A stretch of DNA of 64,000 bases from a virus, in the IMG/VR virus record IMGVR_UViG_3300037467_001798. One strand, given 5' to 3'. Positions 1 through 9,374 of the stretch are shown one piece after another. The position numbers and the translations under genes are program-made. The notes beneath the pieces are model-generated. The model ran no database searches. It was not told the DNA's origin and saw nothing but the letters and a program-made list of their open reading frames with translations. Within the stretch, counting starts at the first letter, position 1; the number at the start of each line of letters is the position of its first letter.

Positions 1-119
1 TGGCGCTGCAGCGTCTTGGCCTTGCCGGTGCAGTGGGCGTGCACCCAGCCGTTGCCCAGCCGGGTGCGCGGGCCGATGCCGTCGCAGATGTCGCAGTGGC
101 GGGGCTTGTAGCCGCTCAT
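1..119 (-). CDS. small CxxC-containing hypothetical protein (partial, runs off left edge)
   Basis: ATG at 119 overlaps the stop of the upstream ORF; translation MSGYKPRHCDICDGIGPRTRLGNGWVHAHC... Confidence 0.5.
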   Translation of the reverse strand, partial: MSGYKPRHCDICDGIGPRTRLGNGWVHAHCTGKAKTLQR

Positions 120-361
120 GGGTGGCTGCCCTCCAGGGCAAATGGCCAGGGTCCGCGCAGCTCGGTGCGCCGCGGGATGGTGGCCAGAATGCGCTCGATG
201 CGCTGCTCATGCGCCAGGGCGTCGGCGCGATAGCCGATGGCCTTGGCGGCCTTGGAGTCCTGGCCGTCGCGGCAAGGGGCGTGCACGCGCTGGCCGCCGG
301 CGATCAGGATGCGCGCGCCCATCTTGTGGCAGATCGCGCAGTAGTTGCGGCGGGTGGTCAT
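116..361 (-). CDS. small CxxC-containing hypothetical protein
   Basis: Re-called start MTTRRNYCAICHK...VHAPC within ORF 116..934; overlaps neighbours by 4 nt. Confidence 0.6.
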   Translation of the reverse strand: MTTRRNYCAICHKMGARILIAGGQRVHAPCRDGQDSKAAKAIGYRADALAHEQRIERILATIPRRTELRGPWPFALEGSHP

Positions 362-1032
362 GGCGCCTTCCGCTGGAACGCCAGCACCACCACCCACGGG
401 TTGGCATCCCAATACTGGGGGCCACCTCCGTTGATCGAGTCCCAGAGCACGGCATAGCGCGCCACCGGCCAGGGGATGGGCAGCATGCGGCCGGTGCGCT
501 GAGCCTCGCGCATCATCACGTCGTTGACGGCGATGTCGTCGTCGCCGCGCAGATACGACGCCGGGTGGCAGCTCTCGGCCTGGGCATCGGCCTCGCTGAT
601 GGCCTGCAGCCGCTCGATGCGCGCGTCGGCGGTGACCGCCAGCTCCAGCCGGCAGGCCCAGCGCGGCATGAACATCGACGGGCGCAGCTTGCCCCAGGCG
701 TGCGGCTCGTCCAGCGGGCCGTCGGCCTCGTACCACAGCGGCTCGCCGGCGGGGATGTCGCGCGGGGCCACGTGGTCCCACTTGGCCAGTGCGCGCCACG
801 CCTCGCGGCCCCAGATGCGCTCGCCGGCCTTGACCTTGCGCCAGGGCGACAGCGTGAAGCACCGGGGGTACGGCGGAAGCACCCGCGGCGGCTCGTAGCG
901 CCAGTCGAACACCGCCGCGCCTGGGCGGCTGCAAGGCACGTACAGCAGCCGCCGGGTCTGGGTCTTGGGCTGCTGCTCGCGCAGGATGGCCTGCACCATG
1001 TCGGGTTGAAAGAGGATGCCGTGTTCACGCAT
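358..1032 (-). CDS. phage ASCH/PUA-like hypothetical protein
   Basis: N-terminal ILFxxDMVxAIL...KTQTRR, PSMFMPRWACRL and W..NPWVVV motifs typical of this phage family. Confidence 0.75.
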   Translation of the reverse strand: MREHGILFQPDMVQAILREQQPKTQTRRLLYVPCSRPGAAVFDWRYEPPRVLPPYPRCFTLSPWRKVKAGERIWGREAWRALAKWDHVAPRDIPAGEPLWYEADGPLDEPHAWGKLRPSMFMPRWACRLELAVTADARIERLQAISEADAQAESCHPASYLRGDDDIAVNDVMMREAQRTGRMLPIPWPVARYAVLWDSINGGGPQYWDANPWVVVLAFQRKAP

Positions 1033-1603
1033 GGCCCAGCTCCTTGAGTGCTTCGTCGCGCGCGGCGTTCAGCTCGGCCATCTTGGCCGCGTCGCCGCCG
1101 CGGTCGGGGTGGTGCTGCATGGCCAGGCGACGGTGCGCGACCTCGACGTCGGCACGCTTGGCGTCACGCGGCACGGCCAGCACCTCGGCCCAGTGCTTGC
1201 CCGCCGGCGCCGGCAACGCGCGAAAGCCGGTGAACGATGCGCGCACCAGCGCCAACGTACCGTGGCGCAACTCCACCCGCCGCGCCTCGATGATGTGGTG
1301 GATGGCCTGCAGGTTGCTGGCCACCTTGGCATAGCGGTCCACAGGGATGCACACCTGCATGCCGTCCCAGGTGAACCACACACTCACGCCGGGATCGGAT
1401 GGCGCGTTCACGCCCAGCGTCACGTTGGAGCTGATGACCAGCCCCTCCAGCTTCTTGCCGCTGTCCTTGGCGAACAGCTCCAGGCTTTTCTGGACGTTCT
1501 TGATGGCGGTGTTCAGGTCGGTCTTGAAGGCGCCGGCCTCGCGGTACTGCTTGCGCGCGAAGCCCGGCGGCCAGGACAAGGGATAGGCGGTTGGCGTGGT
1601 CAT
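1025..1603 (-). CDS. J-domain protein (C-terminal J domain)
   Basis: Start MTTPTAYPLSWP; C-terminal WAEVLAV...HRRLAMQHHPDRGGD...LNAA with intact HPD. Confidence 0.85.
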   Translation of the reverse strand: MTTPTAYPLSWPPGFARKQYREAGAFKTDLNTAIKNVQKSLELFAKDSGKKLEGLVISSNVTLGVNAPSDPGVSVWFTWDGMQVCIPVDRYAKVASNLQAIHHIIEARRVELRHGTLALVRASFTGFRALPAPAGKHWAEVLAVPRDAKRADVEVAHRRLAMQHHPDRGGDAAKMAELNAARDEALKELGHA

Positions 1604-2253
1604 CCGCGGCCTCCTGGGAAGAAGCGGCCGGCGCCCATGCTGTAGCCCAGCGCCTCCAGGGTGCGGCTGTCGAACACGCCCGGCTCGGGCTTGATGGTCT
1701 CGCCGGTGAACTCGTAGTCGGCCAGCAGCTGGCCCACGAGCTTGGACAGCTGCAGCACCTTCTCGTTGCCCTCGATCACGGCGCGGGCGGCGGCCAGCTG
1801 CGCATCCACCAGGCCCTGGTAGATGTTGGCCGCGCCGTCGGTCTTGACCCGCACCAGGCCGCGGCGCTTTTCCAGCCGGCGCATCTTCTGGCGCGCCATC
1901 ATGATCTGCTGCTCGCACTCGCGCTGGCGCTGGCTCAGCTCGCCATGGCAGTGGGCCACCGGGTTGTGCGCCTCCAGCGCGCCGCTCATCAGGTCGGCCA
2001 GGGCCGAGACGGCCGCTGCCTGCATCGGGTCGCGGTCGCTGGCGCGCTCGTCGCCGGTGGCGTCGTAGCGGGCCCGCCGCTCGGGGTCGCCCAGCACCTC
2101 CCAGGCGCGGTTGACCGCCTGCATCGCCGCGGCGTCGCCGCCCTTGTCCGGGTGGTGTTCGCGGCTCTTGCGCCGGTAGGCTGCCTTGATGTCCTCGTGG
2201 GTGGCGTCGCGCGCCACCCCGAGCACCGCGTAGTGATCGGGGGGCTGCTGCAT
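1600..2253 (-). CDS. J-domain protein (N-terminal J domain plus helical region)
   Basis: Start MQQPPDHYAVLGVARDA...IKAAYRRKSREHHPDKGG...VNRAWEVLGDPERRARYD, a canonical J domain. Confidence 0.88.
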   Translation of the reverse strand: MQQPPDHYAVLGVARDATHEDIKAAYRRKSREHHPDKGGDAAAMQAVNRAWEVLGDPERRARYDATGDERASDRDPMQAAAVSALADLMSGALEAHNPVAHCHGELSQRQRECEQQIMMARQKMRRLEKRRGLVRVKTDGAANIYQGLVDAQLAAARAVIEGNEKVLQLSKLVGQLLADYEFTGETIKPEPGVFDSRTLEALGYSMGAGRFFPGGRG

Positions 2254-2792
2254 CAGCTGGGTTCCTTCATGCGCTCGGGGTGGTCGATGGCGAAGTTGTC
2301 GAAGGCCGCCTGGCGGCGCTCGACCGCGTTGATGTGGGCCTCGCTCAGGCTCTCGCTGCTGGCCACCTCCCAGTAGTAGCCCACCACGCGGCGCGCCACC
2401 GAGTCCTGGGCGCGCTGGATGAATACCGGCTCGTCGTCGGGGATCGGCGTGCCCGAGGCGCGGTTGACCAGCCGGCCCTGCAGGTTGACCGTGTACTTGG
2501 GCTCCTGCGCGACCGGCAGGCCCCACTGGTCCAGCGGCGTGCAGCCGCGCACGAACGCCTCGTCGGGCGAGACGCTGACGTAGCCGTCCGGGTACTTGAT
2601 GAGCCAGTTGCCCGGCTGCGGCCGGTGCTTGGCCAGCCACTCGGGCGGCATCGTGATGGCGGCGATCGTGTTGTCGCCGCTCTCCAGCAGGAGGGCGTCG
2701 GCGCTGACGCTGGCGATGCGCGCGGCATAGACCAGCTTGCAGCTGACGAAGGCCGGCATGGGCGGCACGGCGGGGCGGTTGAAGTCGGACAT
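2253..2792 (-). CDS. phage hypothetical protein
   Basis: PGNWLIKYPDGYVSVSPDEAF and DEPVFIQRAQD motifs both recur in phage accessory proteins. Confidence 0.7.
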   Translation of the reverse strand: MSDFNRPAVPPMPAFVSCKLVYAARIASVSADALLLESGDNTIAAITMPPEWLAKHRPQPGNWLIKYPDGYVSVSPDEAFVRGCTPLDQWGLPVAQEPKYTVNLQGRLVNRASGTPIPDDEPVFIQRAQDSVARRVVGYYWEVASSESLSEAHINAVERRQAAFDNFAIDHPERMKEPS

Positions 2793-2810
2793 GGGGTTGC
2801 TCCTTCGGGG

Positions 2811-3038
2811 TCAGTGGGGTGCGGCGGGGTACAGGGGCAGCTCGACGAACGGGCCGGTGTAGCCGGCCAGCCGCGCGTTCTTGAGCAGCAGCTGCGCGAA
2901 GTGCACAGCGAACTCGGGCGGAAAGCTGATGACGTCCACGCGGGCGTCGAAGTCCACCGCCACCTGCCAGGCGGGGCGGTCCTCGGTGGGCGTGAGCACG
3001 CCCACCTTCAGCTCGTACTGCGGGTCGGCGGCGGCCAT
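2811..3038 (-). CDS. hypothetical protein
   Basis: 75-aa ORF coupled to the stop of the exonuclease gene. Confidence 0.6.
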   Translation of the reverse strand: MAAADPQYELKVGVLTPTEDRPAWQVAVDFDARVDVISFPPEFAVHFAQLLLKNARLAGYTGPFVELPLYPAAPH

Positions 3039-4891
3039 CAGGCGGCGCGCTCCAGGTGGCGGGCGGCCACCGCCAGGCAGTGGCGCGAGATGGCCTGGCA
3101 GATGCGCGGCAGGTCATCCGGGTGGTACAGGGCGGCGTTGCCCTCGCGGTGGGCGGCAAAGCCCAGCGTCTCCAGGAAGGCCACGGTGACGCCAAAGCCC
3201 AGCTGCTCGGTCAGCGCGCCCAGCTTCAGGGTGGGCGTGCCGCGCGCGGCCGGCGCCGGCACGTGCAGCGTGAAGGGCTCGCCCTCGGGGTCCAGGTGCA
3301 CGCGCGGCACGGTGGCGCCGGCGCGAATCGGGATCACCGCCGCCGGCGCGGGGGTCGGGGCCGGGCTGGCCGCTGGCGGCAGGCCCGCGGGGGCCGCAGC
3401 AGCCGTGGCGGCCAGCTGCGCCTGGCGCTCGCGCTCGGCGTCCGCAGCGGCCTGGGCGGCCTGCTCACGCGCTTCGCGCTGGCGGCGCTGCTCGTCCTCC
3501 TGCTGGCGGCGGCGCTCCTCGGCGGCCTTGGCCTCGGCGATGCGCGCGGTGCACGTGGCGCGAAAGTCCGCTTCCTCCTTGAGCACCAGCGCATCCTGGT
3601 CGGGGAACAGGTGCAGGTGCTCCACCACGTCGGCGCTGGCCAGGTGCTTGATGTTGTTCTCGATGCGATCGGCCAGCGCGCTGAGCGCGATCTTCACCCG
3701 CGACAGCTCGGCGTCCACCGAGTCGTTCAGGGCCTTGACGGTGCGCTTGCTCTTGATGGCCTTGGCGAAGTCGGCCACCACCAGCGGGTGGGTGAGGGCC
3801 GGCACCAGCGGGCGGCCGATGCGCTCGTTCAGGTGCTTGCGGTGCGCCTCGGCCGCGGTCTGCCCGCGCTGGGCCACCTCCTGGCGGATGGCGGTCTCGC
3901 GCGCCTTGACCAGGTTGTCCAGGTCGATGCGGGTGCGCGCCAGGCCGGCCACGATCTTGTCCAGCGTGGTGACCACCTCGTTGACGTCGATCATCTGGGC
4001 CAGCGTCTGCTCCTTCAGGAGCGTGAGCTTTTTTTCCGACTCGTCGCACCACTTGACCGCTTCCTTGGCGTCGGCGAACTGCTGGTCGGTCTTGAGGTCG
4101 CGATTGATGCCGGCGATGTGCGCCAGCGCGGCCTCGCGCCAGATGGCCAGGTTGCTGGTGACCACGCGGCCCTCGACCTGGATGTGCAGCACCGGCAGCT
4201 GGTCGAGCTTCTCGCCTTGCGGGCGCTCGGCGTGCACCACCGGGGTGTGGGTGGCCAGGTCGACCTCCAGCTGGGCCCAGCCGGCCAGAATCTCGGCGCG
4301 CAGCTGCAGGTCGGGCAGGTAGATGCAATGGCGCTCGTCGACCAGCTGGCCCTGCTCGTCCCACTCGGTGGCCGAGAACAGCACCTGCTCGCAGCCGGAC
4401 ACCAGGCACTGCTGCTCCATCTGCACGCGGTAGCCCTTGGGCAGCTGGGCGGCCTCGTTGCGCTCCCAGCTGGTGGGGCCGCTGTGCGGCAGCGCCGCGC
4501 GCAGCACGTCGTTCAGGCTCTTGTGCTCCCAGTTGCGGTCCCAGGCGATGGTCAGGCCGTCGCAGCTGGCGCCCAGCGGGCGGCTCAGGCCCGGCCAGGG
4601 GATCGAGCCGACCACCGGGTACAGATCCTCGCCGATGATGCGCTCGCCCAGCGGGCGGGCCAGCGCCTCGCGCCGGTGGCCGGCGTCGTAGACCTTCTGC
4701 TGGAAGGGCGACACCTCGGGCGAGAAGCCATTGACCAGGGCGTCGAGCAAGTCGGTGCGACTGCGCCCGTGGGGGTCGCAGCCGAGCATGGCGGCGGCGT
4801 CGCCGGCGTTGTAGCGCCCGGCGCGCAGCTGCAGCCAGCGCGGGCTGCCTTGGGGGGCGTCCTTGTCGACGATCATGCGGGGGGTGGTCAC
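3038..4891 (-). CDS. YqaJ/lambda-exonuclease family recombinase nuclease with long helical C-terminus
   Basis: GSPRWLQLRAGRYNAGDAAAMLG, LGASCDG...WEHK (PD-(D/E)xK), Y..QMEQQCLVSG; adjacent to RecT; GTG start overlaps RecT stop. Confidence 0.88.
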   Translation of the reverse strand: MTTPRMIVDKDAPQGSPRWLQLRAGRYNAGDAAAMLGCDPHGRSRTDLLDALVNGFSPEVSPFQQKVYDAGHRREALARPLGERIIGEDLYPVVGSIPWPGLSRPLGASCDGLTIAWDRNWEHKSLNDVLRAALPHSGPTSWERNEAAQLPKGYRVQMEQQCLVSGCEQVLFSATEWDEQGQLVDERHCIYLPDLQLRAEILAGWAQLEVDLATHTPVVHAERPQGEKLDQLPVLHIQVEGRVVTSNLAIWREAALAHIAGINRDLKTDQQFADAKEAVKWCDESEKKLTLLKEQTLAQMIDVNEVVTTLDKIVAGLARTRIDLDNLVKARETAIRQEVAQRGQTAAEAHRKHLNERIGRPLVPALTHPLVVADFAKAIKSKRTVKALNDSVDAELSRVKIALSALADRIENNIKHLASADVVEHLHLFPDQDALVLKEEADFRATCTARIAEAKAAEERRRQQEDEQRRQREAREQAAQAAADAERERQAQLAATAAAAPAGLPPAASPAPTPAPAAVIPIRAGATVPRVHLDPEGEPFTLHVPAPAARGTPTLKLGALTEQLGFGVTVAFLETLGFAAHREGNAALYHPDDLPRICQAISRHCLAVAARHLERAA

Positions 4892-5937
4892 TGGGCGGTT
4901 CCTTCGGTGGTGGTGGGTTGTTGGGGTTCGATCCAGCTGGCGATTTCCATCTTCTGATCGCGCGTGAGGCTGTTGCGCGTCTCCAGCGAGGTGATGACGT
5001 CGTTGACGCTGTTGACGGCCAGGGCCTTCAGCAGGGTGGCCTTCTTGGCGGCCAGCTCCTGGTCGGTCAGGGCCGGCTTGCCGTTGTCGCTGGCGGCCAG
5101 GCCGGCGTCGGCGGCGGGCGTGGCCGCCGGAGCCTGGGTGGGCGCCGGGGTGGGGGCCGGCGGCGGCGGCGTGCCGGCGTCGTCGTCGTGGTGGTCGGCC
5201 GGGTTGTCCGTGGTCACCCAGGTGGCGCCGTCGATGTTGATGGTGCGGCCCTCGTCGGCGGCCCGGTTGGCCTCCATGGCCGCGGTCAGCTCGATCGACT
5301 GCGGCATGTACTTGAGCACCTGCAGCAGCGGCACCTTGCGCGCATACATCTCGTAATTCAGGCGGTTGCCCTTGAGCGCGTAGTGATTGCCGCCCACCTT
5401 GTTGAACAGCTGCAGGTGGCGGTCGACCTTGGAGCGGCGCCACACCTCGATCACCGGCACGTCCTGGCCCTTGATGCGGCCGATGGCGTACACGTACAGC
5501 AGGTTGTCGTAGTTCTCGGTCACCTCGTCGCCGGGCTTGTGGCGCACGAACGGGTTGTCGCCCAGGCAGTAGTCGAAGTCATCGCCCTTGTAGACGGCGC
5601 CGGTCCAGACGGTGCAGCGCCCGCCGCGGTTGGCCAGGTCCACCAGCCCCTTCCAGCCCGGCACGAAGGTGCAGGTGCCCTTGTAGGGGATCAGGTAGCC
5701 CTGGCCGTTGACGTTGGGCTCCAGCCCGAGCTGGGAGGCCGTCATGATGGAGGCGGCCACCGAGTGCGGGCTGCACTCGGCCAGCTGGGGATTGGCCGAG
5801 AAGGCCGTGAGCGCCAGCCGCGCCATGCGATCGACGCTCATGTGCTTGGGGATGGCCAGCGCCATCTGCGGCTTGAGCTTCTCCAGCCACTGCGAGGTGT
5901 GGCCGGGGGTCTGGAATTGGGGGACGAGTTGGCCCAT
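4888..5937 (-). CDS. recT: RecT family single-strand annealing protein
   Basis: PKHMSVDRMARLAL...NPQLAECS..S....MTASQLGLEPN..GQGYLIPY...GWKGLVDLA; EMYARK. Confidence 0.92.
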   Translation of the reverse strand: MGQLVPQFQTPGHTSQWLEKLKPQMALAIPKHMSVDRMARLALTAFSANPQLAECSPHSVAASIMTASQLGLEPNVNGQGYLIPYKGTCTFVPGWKGLVDLANRGGRCTVWTGAVYKGDDFDYCLGDNPFVRHKPGDEVTENYDNLLYVYAIGRIKGQDVPVIEVWRRSKVDRHLQLFNKVGGNHYALKGNRLNYEMYARKVPLLQVLKYMPQSIELTAAMEANRAADEGRTINIDGATWVTTDNPADHHDDDAGTPPPPAPTPAPTQAPAATPAADAGLAASDNGKPALTDQELAAKKATLLKALAVNSVNDVITSLETRNSLTRDQKMEIASWIEPQQPTTTEGTAQ

Positions 5938-5950
5938 GCGGGGCTTCCTT

Positions 5951-6133
5951 TCAGCGGTTGAAGAAAAACGGAAACAGGCGGCGCAGCGCGCGGCCGATGA
6001 AGCCGGGGCGGCGGCGCCACGGGCCTGACAGCTGCACCGGCACGTGCACGCGGCGCGGCTCGGGCTGCTGGCACGCCTGGCGCGAGGGGCAGCGCTGCGC
6101 GTCGCCCTTGCAGGCGCTGCAGCCTTCAAGCAC
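5951..6133 (-). CDS. small Cys-rich hypothetical protein
   Basis: 60-aa ORF filling the gap between operon genes; CSAC and CPSRQAC. Confidence 0.4.
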   Translation of the reverse strand: MLEGCSACKGDAQRCPSRQACQQPEPRRVHVPVQLSGPWRRRPGFIGRALRRLFPFFFNR

Positions 6134-6458
6134 GGCGCATCTCCCGGTCGGCCGCCAGCACGGCGTCGGCGGCCCGGATGGCGGTGGTGGCCAGGTAGGC
6201 CAGGTCGCGCGCTTGGCAGCCGGCCGCCGTCTGCCCGGTGGTCGGGTTGGGCATCAGCAGCGGCACCATGGCGAGCATGGCCAGCTGCGCGCGCGGGCTG
6301 CCCGCCGGCGCCGGTGCCGGCAGCAGGTCGGCCAGCTCGTTGCAGGCGGCCAGGGCGGCCTCGATCGCGCGTGCCTCGTCGCGGCTGGCCACGCCGCGCG
6401 CCTGCAGCAGCAGCAGCGTGCCCTGAATGGTCGCCAGGTGCATGGTGGGACTGCTCAT
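6126..6458 (-). CDS. hypothetical protein
   Basis: Re-called start MSSPTMHL; overlaps upstream stop. Confidence 0.55.
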   Translation of the reverse strand: MSSPTMHLATIQGTLLLLQARGVASRDEARAIEAALAACNELADLLPAPAPAGSPRAQLAMLAMVPLLMPNPTTGQTAAGCQARDLAYLATTAIRAADAVLAADREMRRA

Positions 6459-6628
6459 TGAGGTTTCTCCAGGTTGGCCAGCCGCATCGCGTGGTTGAGC
6501 ACCACGTCGACGGGGGCATCGGGCACGCGGGGCGTGAACAGCCACAGCGCGAAGCGGCGCGCGAGCGCGGCCAGCGGGCCGACCACCGGCGCGAAGCCGG
6601 ACAGGTCGATGGTGATGTGCAGCTTCAC
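6455..6628 (-). CDS. hypothetical protein
   Basis: GTG start MKLHITIDLSG; 4-nt overlaps on both sides. Confidence 0.5.
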   Translation of the reverse strand: MKLHITIDLSGFAPVVGPLAALARRFALWLFTPRVPDAPVDVVLNHAMRLANLEKPQ

Positions 6629-7047
6629 GAGGCGCTCCCGGTGGCCAGCACCTTGGCCAGGGCGGCGCGGGCGATGCGACCGCACTCCTCCTTGCTGCTG
6701 GCGCTGTTGACGCTGCACAGGCTGATCTGATGCAGTGCCGCCACCAGCTCGTCGCGCAGCACGCGCTGGTCGATCTGATCGGCCACGCTCCAAGGGAGGC
6801 CGCCGGACTGGCCCCTCGCCAGCACTTCGGACGGCACGCCGGCAAAGGCGTTGACGCATTGGACGATGCGGCGCGCATTGCCGCGTGCGTAATCGACGGC
6901 TTCGCGGCCGTCTTTCCCGCTCGCGCGGCCTGCATGGCAAGTTGCGATCAGTACGCCGTTCGGTCCGTACACCTCGGAGAAAAGCTCCGGCGAGCTGAGT
7001 TCATCGCTGCCACGGCGCCACGGTTCCGGCGTGTGCTGCGCGCTCAT
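6625..7047 (-). CDS. phage hypothetical protein
   Basis: HTPEPW N-terminus and NARRIVQCVNAF motif typical of phage early proteins. Confidence 0.7.
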   Translation of the reverse strand: MSAQHTPEPWRRGSDELSSPELFSEVYGPNGVLIATCHAGRASGKDGREAVDYARGNARRIVQCVNAFAGVPSEVLARGQSGGLPWSVADQIDQRVLRDELVAALHQISLCSVNSASSKEECGRIARAALAKVLATGSAS

Positions 7048-7556
7048 GCGTCACCTTCCTCTCGGTCCTCGGTGTCGCTGAACAGCGCGTCCCAGCACAG
7101 CTCGCACATGCCGGTGATGCCGGTTTCGCGCTGGCCTGGCAGGGTGAACACGTTGGCGCCGTCCTCGCCGCGCTCGCCGAAGCGAAACGGCTTCTTGCAC
7201 TGCACGCAGGTGAAGGGCTGGTACGGGCCCACCGGGGTGCTGACGCCACCGGGCTGGGCGAAATCGTCGTCCTCGACCACCACCACGTCGCCGCGGATTT
7301 GGTGGTCGGTGCCCGGCACGCAGTTGGCCCAGTACAGGCTGGTGGCGATGCGGTTGACCGGCAGACCCTTGGCCTGGCCGTTGTCGTCCACCAGCATCAC
7401 CACCAGCGGGTGGCCCAGGTGGCGCAGGTTCACCGTGTCCAGGCCGTCGGCGCGGATCATGGTGCGGATGGCGGCCATGCTCAGGCGGGCAGACAGCAGC
7501 TCGCAGCTGCCATCGGCCCGAATGAGCCGCCGCTGGCGTTCGGCGGCGCGCTGCAT
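7044..7556 (-). CDS. DUF3846-like hypothetical protein
   Basis: MLVDDNG..KGLPVN..AT.LY....IRGDVVVV motif; C-terminal CxxC...CxxC. Confidence 0.55.
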   Translation of the reverse strand: MQRAAERQRRLIRADGSCELLSARLSMAAIRTMIRADGLDTVNLRHLGHPLVVMLVDDNGQAKGLPVNRIATSLYWANCVPGTDHQIRGDVVVVEDDDFAQPGGVSTPVGPYQPFTCVQCKKPFRFGERGEDGANVFTLPGQRETGITGMCELCWDALFSDTEDREEGDA

Positions 7557-8653
7557 CAGGCCACCAGCGCCAGCGGCTTGGCCTCGGACACCTCGCGCCA
7601 CTGCGCCTCGGGCAGCGCCAGCAGCCGGAAGCCGGCGGCCTCCAGCTCGGTGGCCCGATCGTAGGAAGCCACGTCCTCGGCGGTGCGGGTGACCGCGTTG
7701 ACCAGGCCAAAGCGCGACAGGTCGCCGCCGGCGATCAGGTGGCGCAGCACGCCGCCCTTCTCGCCCTGGCTCAGGCCGATGGTGGGGCCCAGCTGCTCGA
7801 CCGCGGCGGTGACGTCGCCGGCGATCATCTGGGTGGTGGAGGCCGACAGGCGGGCCATGAAGCGGTCGAACTCCTGGCGATCGAACGCGCGCGTGATGAC
7901 ATCGCGCACCTTGCGCAGCACCACCAAGTCCTCCAGGCGCCGGGTCTCATCGCTCAGCAGCCCCTCCAGGTCGGCGTCGATGCGCCGGCCCACGTGCGCC
8001 GCGCGCAGCCCGGCGCCGTCGCGCACCATGCCGTTCAGGCAGGCCAGGAAGTGGGCGAACGGCTTGATGGCCACCGAGCCCAGGCCCACCTCGGAGTTGG
8101 AGATCATCACCCCGGCCTCCACGATGTCGCCCACCCGGCGGCTGCCCTCGACCTTGGCCACGATGTCGGTGGAGACCGCCTTGATGTACAGGCGGCTGTC
8201 GGTCACCGCGGTGCTGACCACCTTCAGGCCCGGCACCTGGCCCAGCACCTCCAGCGCCACCTCGGCCACCTCGTAGTTGTCGATGCGCTGGTAGCGGTCG
8301 GACAGGAAGGCGCGCACGTTGCCCGACAGGGTGCGCACCATGCGGCGCTCGCCGCCCTTGCTGGTAAGCCAGTGGTTCACGTTCTCGGCCAGCAGCTGGC
8401 CGCCGCCCTGGTCAGCCGGGATGGCGCGCAGCCGCTCGTAGTACGCCTTGGGGATGGTCAGGTAGTCGGCCAGCTGGGAGTGGCCCAGCTCGGTCAGCGG
8501 CATGGCGGTGGCGACCTCGGCGCGCACCGGCATGGCCAGGTGCATGTCGGTGTGCATCACCAGCGTGTTGGCCGGCGCCACGTAGTCGGCCTTGAGCGCG
8601 CGCTGCTGGGCCAAGGTGGTGGCCAGCGCGGTCGTGTCGAACATCTGTTTCAT
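7556..8653 (-). CDS. DUF932/DUF945 family protein
   Basis: RTLSGNVRAFLSDRYQRIDN, ISNSEVGLGS, CLNGM, FGLVNAVT motifs; RBS upstream. Confidence 0.8.
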   Translation of the reverse strand: MKQMFDTTALATTLAQQRALKADYVAPANTLVMHTDMHLAMPVRAEVATAMPLTELGHSQLADYLTIPKAYYERLRAIPADQGGGQLLAENVNHWLTSKGGERRMVRTLSGNVRAFLSDRYQRIDNYEVAEVALEVLGQVPGLKVVSTAVTDSRLYIKAVSTDIVAKVEGSRRVGDIVEAGVMISNSEVGLGSVAIKPFAHFLACLNGMVRDGAGLRAAHVGRRIDADLEGLLSDETRRLEDLVVLRKVRDVITRAFDRQEFDRFMARLSASTTQMIAGDVTAAVEQLGPTIGLSQGEKGGVLRHLIAGGDLSRFGLVNAVTRTAEDVASYDRATELEAAGFRLLALPEAQWREVSEAKPLALVA

Positions 8654-8689
8654 GGGTCTCTTTCTTGGGGAGAAGGTGAAAGGGGCGGC

Positions 8690-8980
8690 TTATTCGCCGC
8701 TGCGGATGAACATGGCGACCGCTTCCTGCAGCAGCCGCTCGGCCGTGGTGCCGCGCACGGCGGCGGTGATGCTCAGCCAGGTGTAGAGCTGCTCGTTCAG
8801 CTGCACCGGCCGGCTGGGCAGGTGCAGGCGCGCGGGCTGGGTCGTCACCTCGGCCTCGACGGGCTGGGCCTTGATCGGGGCCTTCTTGGCGGCGCTCTTG
8901 CGGGCCTTCCTGGCCGGCTTGGCCTCGGCCGCGGCGGGCCGCTCGGTGCGCGGCTTGCGCTCGTAGATTCCGCGGGGCAT
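8690..8980 (-). CDS. basic protein with possible C-terminal ribbon-helix-helix
   Basis: Lys/Ala-rich N-terminus, then VQLNEQLYTWL...AERLLQEAVAMFI. Confidence 0.55.
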   Translation of the reverse strand: MPRGIYERKPRTERPAAAEAKPARKARKSAAKKAPIKAQPVEAEVTTQPARLHLPSRPVQLNEQLYTWLSITAAVRGTTAERLLQEAVAMFIRSGE

Positions 8981-9180
8981 CAGTCGGCCCTCCCTCGCGG
9001 CAGGCGCAGGATGACCTTGCGGCCGCGCTTGAGGCACCAGTCGGCCTTGAGCGCGCACTGGTGCGCCATCGAGCGCACGCTGCGCACGGCACCGGCCAGC
9101 TCGCGGCGGCCGTAGTTCATGAACGGGACCCAGGCGCCGTCGACGCCGCGGTAGCAGACGGTGAAGGTGGAGGGGCTCAT
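8980..9180 (-). CDS. hypothetical protein
   Basis: Start MSPSTF coupled to neighbours. Confidence 0.5.
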   Translation of the reverse strand: MSPSTFTVCYRGVDGAWVPFMNYGRRELAGAVRSVRSMAHQCALKADWCLKRGRKVILRLPRGRAD

Positions 9181-9374
9181 CAGTAGGCCCCCCTGGTGCG
9201 GCCGCTCACGTGACGCTCGTGCTGGACCTGGCGTGCAAGGGCCTCGGCGTCGTTGCGCTCGTGCCACTGCGCTGCGGCCGACTGGGCGGTCTGCGGTGAC
9301 GTCTCGGGCAGGGGGGGAAAGTCCGGGGTGGCGCGCTTGGCCGCGACGGCGGCGCGCCGGTCATTGCGTTGCAT
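9180..9374 (-). CDS. hypothetical protein, first gene of the leftward operon
   Basis: AAGGAG RBS upstream of ATG (MQRNDRR...). Confidence 0.55.
   Translation of the reverse strand: MQRNDRRAAVAAKRATPDFPPLPETSPQTAQSAAAQWHERNDAEALARQVQHERHVSGRTRGAY

Noticed and set aside
2280-4957. Long plus-strand ORFs (680 aa, 633 aa) over the exonuclease region
   Set aside because: Shadow frames opposite genes with clear motifs
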